From: Seison nebaliae
Lineage: Eukaryota
Assembly: GCA_023231475.1 (NCBI GenBank)
Contig: JALJEE010002203.1
Coordinates: 62,001-108,327, forward strand
DNA: 46,327 nt
Direction: 5' to 3'
The translations under genes and the position numbers were made by a program. The notes under the pieces are model-generated. The model was not told the origin of the DNA. It made no database searches and saw nothing but the letters and a program-made list of their open reading frames with translations. Positions 37,168 through 46,327 of the stretch are shown in pieces (positions within the stretch are counted from its first letter, which is position 1; each line of letters opens with the position of its first letter).

Positions 37168-38640
37168 TTAACGAAAACTCGTCCATCTCAAGAATGAATG
37201 AGACCATTCGCGATCGAAGACCTTCGGCTTGTTCTTACCTAAAGTATTCTTTAGTTTCTCGTCGATTTTTTCGGGTGGAATCCTCAATGCTCTACACATT
37301 TGCACTGCAGGAAATATGTCTGTTGTTGATAAACGAACTTCATAATCGTTTTTCGTATCATTGGATGTGATAGTCATTTTTGGGACGCTGCAAAATTTGA
37401 CGGTTGATCCATTTACTGCAAATGATGATGTTGAAGATGATGGTGATGATGTGGATGTTGTTGTCATGAAAGATTCCTCGATTACTTTCTCACATTTACT
37501 CTTCTTATTTGATTTCGTATTCTTCTTATCGTTCAGATTGATTGCGGTGATGGTATTGGATGATTTGGGAAGAGGTTTAATTAATAATGATCGATCAATT
37601 TTTACATTTTCGCTATTGGCATTAAGTGTTGGTAGATGACTAATGTCTAATATATTAGAAAAAATATTCAATTGTTTCAATCGTCGTCGATGAGAATCCA
37701 TATGAAGCATTGGTGCAGCTTCATAAACGATGGAGGATTTATCTCCTGTTATTTGTGATAAATAACTTTCACATCGGCGTTTTCTCGTGAAAAGTGCACC
37801 AACATCAACGGCATAAGCGATATTTTTGTTTGCATGTCTCGTTCGTGGATCAGAAACGAAAGGATAAACATCTCTCATATCATCATTGATGGAAGTGAGT
37901 GTAAATAATTTGACTTGACGTAAATGTGAATCTCGACCATTTTGATCATTCATTCTGATAGCGATTTGTAACACATAAGTATATGGGAGATAAGGCAACG
38001 CAGCAAGTGCATCAGTTCCCGGATAAATTGTTCCTTCATTTTCAATCTCTTCAAATAAATCTTCCATTCGATCTTCTATCAATTTAGCTTGTGTCACATC
38101 ATTAGGCAAACGAATATTATTCGTTGACGGTTTAGCAAATATGGATGTTTGACTCTTATTTCTCATTATCTCTAATTGATCGTCTTTTATTGAGACATTT
38201 TTTGGATGGAGATTAAATAATAACCAGCCATTTTTCTCGATTAATCTCAATGTGGATAAATTAGTGACACTATCGAGACTCTTTCCAGAAAATAATTGAA
38301 TTTCCGTCGGTGTATATGATTCATCTAATGAAGCGTTCAAATAGAATGCAATATGAGAGATGAGTTGACGTTGAGGAAATCGAATATTGATGAGATGTGG
38401 TTGAATTCCATCACTTTGCCAATAAGTATCTAATCGATTATCTCTCAATTTATCTACTCCATGATTAGATTTACAGGAGGAGACGGACCAAATGGCATCC
38501 TCGCCAATCTCTTTAATATGAGGAATTTGATCATAAATGTAATCGAGTGATTGGAAGAGTTCAGAAGAGAGATTACTATTTGAATTCGATTTATCTGATC
38601 GACATTTTGCTCGGAAATTACATTCCTCATATCCTGCCAT
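37168..38640 (-). CDS. ANAPC10: Anaphase-promoting complex subunit 10 (DOC domain) with large insertions, intronless, 490 aa
   Basis: EIGEDAIWSVSSCK...GVDKLRD...TYWQSDGIQPHLINIRF, DESYTP and QIAIRMNDQNGRDSHLRQVKLF. Confidence 0.93.
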   Translation of the reverse strand: MAGYEECNFRAKCRSDKSNSNSNLSSELFQSLDYIYDQIPHIKEIGEDAIWSVSSCKSNHGVDKLRDNRLDTYWQSDGIQPHLINIRFPQRQLISHIAFYLNASLDESYTPTEIQLFSGKSLDSVTNLSTLRLIEKNGWLLFNLHPKNVSIKDDQLEIMRNKSQTSIFAKPSTNNIRLPNDVTQAKLIEDRMEDLFEEIENEGTIYPGTDALAALPYLPYTYVLQIAIRMNDQNGRDSHLRQVKLFTLTSINDDMRDVYPFVSDPRTRHANKNIAYAVDVGALFTRKRRCESYLSQITGDKSSIVYEAAPMLHMDSHRRRLKQLNIFSNILDISHLPTLNANSENVKIDRSLLIKPLPKSSNTITAINLNDKKNTKSNKKSKCEKVIEESFMTTTSTSSPSSSTSSFAVNGSTVKFCSVPKMTITSNDTKNDYEVRLSTTDIFPAVQMCRALRIPPEKIDEKLKNTLGKNKPKVFDREWSHSFLRWTSFR

Positions 38641-39109
38641 TCCCTTTCACACGATCACTAATTCTTTTCATAGTAATCAAGCTTCTTTTTTATTTATTTA
38701 TTCGACATCTTTGTTCCCAAAAATTTATTGTTCAATTTCCAAAAATTTCAATTCCATTTCCATCTTTTTAAGAAGTTTATCAAACTCTTTTTTATCCAAT
38801 TCTTCAATCGAACTTAACATCTCGTCGATTTATATCGATTAAATTGAAATTTTTATAATTTTATAAATCATTAATGACGGTTCAGTTATCGATTATGAAA
38901 GTTTAATCGAAAAAAATTTAAAATGGAAAGTTTATCATTTTTGATAATTTTATAAAAAAAAAGTTACTTGTTAAAAAAATTCCAACAATTGATATGTCTG
39001 GAACATAGAGAGTGTTAACACTTAAAAAAGTCAAATTGTTCTCATAGAAAATAGTTTTGTTACATTTGTAATTGGCTCTTATTTGACTTGAGGACGTGAA
39101 CCCCCAATA

Positions 39110-42100
39110 TTAACATTTTCCACATGATTTCTTACACCAATCATTCACACTTCGTCCTTCGAATAATAAAGAGTCTCGACAATAACTTCCCGATGCCCAA
39201 CTGGTACATCTTTCATTTTCATCTCGACAAGTGCCACCTAAAAATGAATAAATTAATATTAGACAAAAAATTAAAAAAATTTACTTATGAAAGTTTCACA
39301 ACGATCTCCAGTGAAAGATGATGGACATAAACAATTGAAATTACCATTTCCCAAATTATTACAATTTCCACCATTCTGACAAGGTTGGGAGACACATGGA
39401 TTTTCTGACATAATCGATGTTTCACATCGATTACCAGTGAAACTGGTAGAGCAGACACATTCATATCTGTTGAATGATTTCATGGAACACACTCCACCGT
39501 TCATACAATTAGCACCTGAAAACCGACAATCAGCACCATCATTCATTCTCGTTCCACAATTAGTACCTGTGTAATTGTTGATACAAATACATCGTGCCAT
39601 ATTATTGGTGATTTGACACCGCCCACCATTTAAACATTGTAATGTTGTACATGCATCATTCTCACAATTTGTTCCGTAACTTCCTAGTTGACATCTACAA
39701 AAATAGCCGGAACTGATTGGAAAACATTCCCCGCCATTCTGGCACGGATTAGACGAACAAACAAGAGATTGGTCACAAAATGTTCCGGTAAAACCGTTTG
39801 AACAGGTACATTTGACCATACCATTAAAAGTGCAAATTCCGTTATTTATACATGGATTACTTGAACATCCGTTCATCTCACAATTAACTCCGTAAGTTCC
39901 CGAATTGCAATCACAGAAATATCCAGAATTCGACGGGAGACATTGTCCACCATTCTGACATGGCTGAGAAGAACAAACTGATTGAATTTGTTGAACGCAA
40001 AATATACCGGTAAATCCCGAACTACAAATACATTTGAACATTGAATTTTGAATTGTACAAATACCATTATTCTGACATGGTTTACTCGTACAAGCATCAT
40101 TATCACAATTCAATCCATACGTACCAGATTTACATTGACAGAAATAACCATTGTCTATTGGAACACAATTACCATTATTTTTACAAGGATTTGAATCACA
40201 ACTAGATGTTGCGCTTCTCTCACAGAACATTCCAATGAAACCGTTATTACATAAACAATTTATTTTGTTATCGTTAAAATTGCAGATTCCATTATTTCCA
40301 CAAGGATTACTGGAACAACCATCTTTCTCACAATTCGTACCATAAGTGCCTGGTTTACATCGACAATAATATCCGGAACTTATCGGAAAACAAGTTCCAT
40401 TATTCACACATGGTTGTGAAGAACAACTTGATGCTTGGATTAATTTATCGCAAAAGACACCGGTATATCCATTGTTGCAAATACATTTAACTTCCGAATT
40501 AATAAATTGACAAATACCTCCACTCTTGCAGGGATTACTCTCACATCCATCTTTCTCACAATTATTTCCATATGTTCCAATCAAACAATTACATTTATAA
40601 CCATATTGCATGTCCTCACATCTACCACCATTATGACAAGGATTTGAACTACAACCAATCGTTGATGATTTTTCACAAAATAAACCGGTAAATCCAGTTT
40701 GACATACGCACTCTATTTTTCGGTTAGAGAACGTACAACGTCCACCATTCAGACATGGATTACTATTGCAAGCATTATTTTCACAATTCACCCCATATGT
40801 TCCGGTAGAACATGAACAAAAATAACCGGAACCTGATGGTGAACAAATACCACCATTTTGACATGGATTCGACGAACATCCACTTTGAGAAGATTGTTCA
40901 CAAAATGTTCCCATAAAATTTGCTTTGCAAAAACATCGGATGAAATTTCCGTTCATACTTTGACATATACCACTATTCTTACAAGGACTGGGATTACATG
41001 GATTCATACCGATCGAAGTTTCACAACGTAATCCAATGAAGTTGATTGTACAACGACAAGTATAAGAAGACATAGTGGGAGCTAGACATTGTCCACCATT
41101 CAAACATGGATTTGATGAACAACTATTAATAATATTTTCACAATGTCTACCAGTGAATTGGTTGTTGCAAAGACAAGTGAAATTCTTCCCGATATTCACA
41201 CAAGTCCCACCATTTATGCACGGATTTGAAATGCATGCATTAATCGGATCGTTACAAGTCAATCCAGTATAAGTTGGCGAACAAATACAAATATATGTAT
41301 TTGATTGAGTAGATATACATGTACCAGAATTGCGGCACGGAGCCGATGAACATGATGTACCAGGATTAATGAAAGATTCACAATTAGTACCTCCAAAATT
41401 TTGTGCACAACGACATTCGTAAATATTTCCTCCATTCAAATCCTTATCAATACAATCTCCACCATTCTTGCACGGATTGGATAAACAAGCAAATCTGACA
41501 TTTTCACAAAACTTCCCATTAAATGCCGTTGGACATATACAATTGAATCCGTTCGATATCGATTGACAATTACCACCATTTTGACACGGGAAGGACAAAC
41601 AACTATTGGATGTACAAAACGGAGGTCGAGTTCCACTTGGGCAATTACAGATAAATCCACTTGCTGATTCAATACACGTACCAGCATTACACGGAGATGA
41701 TGAACATGCGTTCTTGTTAATTTCACATGTTGTTCCTTGAAATCCCGATGGACATTGACAAGAGAATCCATTGAATGATATTGTACACCTACCGCCATTC
41801 ATACAAGGATTGGATGAACAAGCATTTTTATCACAATTCGCTCCACTCCATCCAAATGAACAACGACATACATAAGTGTTTCCTGCATCGATACATTGTC
41901 CATTATTTTGACAAGGTCGACTCGCACACACATTCACATCTATTTATTTGTCGTTAAATTTAGAAAATTTATGGAAATTTTCTATGAAAATTTTAAAAAA
42001 TTATTCTAACATTCGCAAATATATGAGAAATCACCGTTTTTTCTACAAATTCCTTTTCCTTCACACGGATTTGAAAAACACGGATTCTGACGTGAATCTG

Positions 42101-44391
42101 AAAAATCTTTAAATTATAATTTTTTTTAAAGTCATTCCCAACCAATTTCACAACGATCACCATAGAAATATGTTTGGCAAGAACAACTGTATAAATTTTT
42201 ATAAGTGGTACATTGACCACCGTTTTCGCACGGTTTCGAAAGACATGCGTCCAGATCGTTATTCAGAGATTTTTGACAAAACTGGCCCTCATATCCATTG
42301 GGACATAGACAATATAAATTATCTAAATTGTTATCTCTATAAATAAAACATTGACCGGTACCACACACATTCTTCACGGAACAACTGTTTTCTAATGATT
42401 TCCAGAAATATGAAAATTGAAGAAAAGGAAAAAACTAACTGAAAACTTTAATTTCACAAAATCTTCCATAATGACTAAATGGACAATCGCAAGATGTCAA
42501 ATCATTCACACAAGTACCGCCATTTTGACATGAATTTTCAATACACCAAACTATGAAAATTAAGTAAAATAGATCAATAAGATAAATATTTCCTTAACGT
42601 TTTTGTTCACATCGATTTCCAGTATAACTACGTGAACATGTACAATAGAATCCTCCAGCAGGTGTGGGATAACACATTCCATTGTTTTGACATGGTACCG
42701 ACGTACATGGATCATCACTAAATATTTCTAAATTTAAATATCATAAAATTTCTCATTAAACATTTCTCCTAAGCAATTGAACTTGATTCACAATTTCTTC
42801 CATTATAAGTTTTGGGACATAAACATTTATATTCATACACATTCTCCAAAATACATTTCCCTCCGTTCAAACATGGATTTGTCACACATGCGTCTTCCGT
42901 ACCTTCAAATGGAATATTAATCTTATCAATTTTATTAAGTTAATTGAACTTGCTAATATTTCACATTCTTTTCCAGTGAACAAACTTCGACAATTGCACA
43001 TATAACCGTTGAGAGTTGGTATACATTCTCCATTGTAATGACATGGTTCACTGAGACACATATCTAACGCAACTGTCCAATGCAATCATAGTATGAGAAG
43101 AAGGTTTAAAAGAACTTTCTTCTTCACAATTCTTCCCACCATATCTCGACGAATTACACACACAATAATAATTATTGTTCAAATCATAACATGTTCCATT
43201 ATTTCGACACGGTTTCGAATCACATAAATTTCTCCGTCCCACGTAATCTGTAATTAGTGTAAAATAAATATACGTGAGATATGAATAACTTTCGCACAAA
43301 TTGCCCACATAAGTAGAGGGACATGAACATGCGAATCTGATGAAATCATCCAACGGATGACATTTCCCTCCATTCTCACATGGATTAGATAAACAGGGAT
43401 CAATTCTATCTAAAATTAAATTTCTCCACGACTAATCAATTTATGGAAACGGAACTTAAATAAGTGCAATATTGTCCAGTAAATATTTCCGCGCAACGAC
43501 AAGCCATTTTACCTTCAAAGGTAATGTAACATGTACCACCATTCTGGCATAAGTTCTGGGAACATGATTCCACATCTACAAAAATTATATTTTTTAAAAT
43601 TATTTTTAAAATTATTTTTAAAAATGAAAATAACAATAATTTTCAGCACTTCGATTTTTCTTTAATATTTCTTCTTTGCAACTTTCCACACATAATTGAC
43701 GTTGATGGTAATTGGGTGGGGCACTTTTCTCCACATTATTGACGTCTCCAGACATGAAAACAACATAACTGTTAAAGTTCCAACAACATAACAACATAAA
43801 ACACACAACTAAATTAAAGAGGAGAATATAAATAGAAATATTTAACCTACAAGATGTCAGATCAATAAGTTCGTTAAATTGCGGTGTTAATTTCCGTTCT
43901 AGTTTCACATATGACACGAACTTATCCTCCTTCTTTTCGAAGGTTGGAGGAATTCTCTTTAAATCTTCCACATTAATCGATTTGCTAAAAAAGAAAATCT
44001 CTTAAAAATTTCCTATTAAGAATAATAACATTCGGAAGATTCGACTGTAATTTCCATTCAATTTCAATAAATAATAAAAATCGATTGGATTCTGTTTGCT
44101 AAAATTCTTTAATTTTCTCAATACGAAGAAATCGAACGTTATTCAGATTTTTGGTGAAGCCAATTCCGTAGAATTTTTCCGTATTTTTATCATATGTCGA
44201 TAAGGTGATTGTGGAAGTGAATTTATTATTGTCAACATCATGCACCGTTAATTTAAGTGATTCAGTATTTGATGAAAAATCGAATTGACATCCGTCATTT
44301 GCTGAAGAGAATTGTTGAAGGGAAATCTTCAAATTAACTAACCGAAAATTAATGGAATTGTCAACGACGAAATGATGACGAAGAGAATCAT
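39110..44391 (-). CDS. Secreted protein: signal peptide + DOMON-like domain + ~33 EGF repeats + C-terminal ShKT domain, 16 exons, ~1506 aa
   Basis: ATG at 44391 (MILFVIISSLTIPLIFA). Introns: 44302-44342, 44092-44137, 43985-44029, 43769-43846, 43576-43634, 43410-43455, 43248-43289, 43073(or 43064)-43115, 42903-42949, 42728-42782, 42551-42598, 42392-42439, 42098-42142, 41940-42010 and 39238-39284. The last exon encodes CRDENERCTSWASGSYC...WCKKSCGKC*. No TM segment is seen. Confidence 0.85.
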
Positions 44392-45091
44392 ATGTGTGAA
44401 GGGGAGAAGTAAAGAAAATGGAAAAGTCTCGTCAATTTCTGGAATGAGAAGTTATGGTGTGATAAAAGGTTGATGAGAGGAGTTCATCAACGATAATGAA
44501 CAATATTGAGTTGGCGTGGAGGGACCTTGAGCGTTTTAAGACATAAAAACCATCTGAAAATTTAATGGGCAACAAAAACTTACCTGATTATGGAAAATAA
44601 TTAGTAGTCGTTATATTTCTCTGTTTTCTGGGAAATCGTATAATACAACTCTCAACAATTATTCAAGAACAGCTATAATATGAACGTTTGATAAATTTTA
44701 TAAATTTCTATAAATATTTGACGATATAAAAAAAACTTTTGAAAAATGTTTTATGAGAAATAAAATAGAATTATTGTGAATTAACTAATTTATTAGGGTC
44801 ATTTCTGTCCCAATTATACGTTAGTTCTCTTTTTACGAAATTAATAATTTCTTCCCATTTTTTATTCCATCAAAAATAATTTCCATAGAAACAAATTTTA
44901 TTATTCACATTCAATTCTTTCATGGGAGTTTCCATCGATTGAAATTGGTGGGGAGAAAATGAGCAAGGACAAAGTAGCAAGTTTTGTTTTATAAAAGAAA
45001 TTTATTCTCTATTCTCATTCGAGAATTGATTTGACGATATTGAAAGATAAAAACGAATTTATTTCATAAAAAATATCATCAGGAAAATTAT

Positions 45092-45763
45092 TTACTCATT
45101 TTTCTTACACAAAATTTTACATCGTTGTCGGAACATGTGAAAATAGAGTTTAGGAAAGACGACCGGATATCCCAATGCTACTAGAACAAGAATTGATGGG
45201 AAATTGATGGAAATATTTAATTGATTTGGCATTGGATAATTGAAAAATTTCATTGATTCTTCACTCTGATATGCACTATAAATGATCAACAATTCACCTG
45301 TCACACCGAGAGGATATAAAACTATGAATAAAGTATATCGTAAATATTCGAGGATATGGCATCGTTTCTCTAATAAACACGTTACGTAATAAAGATATCT
45401 GATAATTTCGGTGAGTGCCCATGCCACCATGATGCAAAGTAGACCATAATCAGAACGACTGTCTTTGATGAAATATAAGACGAAACAGCCAACGAATAAA
45501 CGTGAAAATACTTGGAAGGCAGTTATTATCGGATTGGATCTCACCAATTTCAACGATGCATGTACTATCTCTAGTAAGGCGATCGATTGGACCACCATCA
45601 ACGGTATACCCATCTGAACAAAAGCATCTTTTCCATTGATACTTTGTCGTTTGATGACGACTTGTCCATATAAACCGGAAACGAATAACCAACCGATTGC
45701 AGAAAGTAAATTGTAAATTAACAAATATGTTTGAACGATTTTGGAATGTCGATCAATAATCAT
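45092..45763 (-). CDS. HACD: Very-long-chain 3-hydroxyacyl-CoA dehydratase (PTPLA/HACD family), intronless
   Basis: YLLIYN, LEIVH, QVFSRL, WALTEIIRY, catalytic LRYTLFIVLYPLGVTGE, LYFHMFRQR and a KKxx ER-retrieval end. Confidence 0.95.
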   Translation of the reverse strand: MIIDRHSKIVQTYLLIYNLLSAIGWLFVSGLYGQVVIKRQSINGKDAFVQMGIPLMVVQSIALLEIVHASLKLVRSNPIITAFQVFSRLFVGCFVLYFIKDSRSDYGLLCIMVAWALTEIIRYLYYVTCLLEKRCHILEYLRYTLFIVLYPLGVTGELLIIYSAYQSEESMKFFNYPMPNQLNISINFPSILVLVALGYPVVFPKLYFHMFRQRCKILCKKNE

Positions 45764-46196
45764 TATTCAAAAGATTCTCTTATGTCAAATTGAATTAACC
45801 GAAAGAAGTTGTCGAATGACCCGAAATTACACGCTTAATATTAGAACATTCAAATTTTATATAATAATTAATGGTATGGTCTCATAAGAATCATAACAAT
45901 AACTTCTCTTATAACCCTAACAATATCTGTATTGTATTTTTTATCTTAAAACATTAAAAGAAAAAAAATTATTTTTAAAAAATTTGTTAATTCAGTTCAG
46001 AGAAATTTAATTAAAATCTCTTAACTCATAATAGTCTAATAAATAGTAATAAAATTTTGATTTAAGTCTAATAATTATTATTATTTATTAGCAAAATTAC
46101 TGTTAGGATAAATTAGAAAAAACATTAAAAATAGATAAAAAATTAAACAACTAAATATTAAGTATTAATTAAGTGACGACTCGTCACCAATGTTGA

Positions 46197-46325
46197 TCAA
46201 GTGATGCAAGTCGATAAGAGTTTCTTGATTAATTGGAGAAGACGTGATCGGATCGTAAGAAAAAATGAAGTCCTTAAAATCGGCAAGGAGAATATCTCGT
46301 TATAAATCGTAGTATCGAATAGTAT
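46197..46325 (-). CDS. Possible 3' end of a gene running off the window edge
   Basis: An open frame from the edge (ILFDTTIYNEIFSLP...LSTCIT*) with higher GC than the flank. No family recognised. Confidence 0.25.
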   Translation of the reverse strand: MLFDTTIYNEIFSLPILRTSFFLTIRSRLLQLIKKLLSTCIT

Positions 46326-46327
46326 GA

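Noticed and set aside
39271..41937. Notch, Crumbs or fibropellin call for the EGF array
   Set aside because: The spliced gene lacks TM, LNR, ankyrin, LamG, CUB and avidin domains and ends in ShKT.
25087..41957. Short antisense or alternate-frame ORFs overlapping WDFY2, GPCR, ANAPC10 and the EGF gene
   Set aside because: Shadows of real coding sequence with no independent support.
2379..44342. Alternative genetic code or stop read-through to explain the broken ORFs
   Set aside because: Every break is resolved by a short GT-AG intron with the standard code.

Overview
AT-rich genomic DNA from a compact animal genome; the organism cannot be fixed from sequence alone. By hand-splicing I can support 11 protein-coding genes: TIMMDC1, NDUFA10, a non-classical cadherin, a divergent GT31-like type II membrane protein, a divergent PRD-class homeobox gene, an orphan 4-TM protein, WDFY1/2, PRCC, a galanin/allatostatin-A/kisspeptin-type GPCR, an oversized ANAPC10 and HACD. 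A twelfth gene encodes a large secreted signal-DOMON-(EGF)x33-ShKT protein. The window also holds tRNA-Asp(GTC), a small foldback/MITE-like element and a decayed LINE 3' end. The most striking signal is in the introns. Of 33 short introns (41-78 nt) placed by reading-frame and domain continuity in 7 unrelated genes, 32 begin with GTT instead of the metazoan GTR. The -1G (6/33) and +5G (8/33) are also mostly lost. This suggests a rewired 5' splice-site code, for example a variant U1 snRNA. All gene models are manual and have not been checked against RNA data.
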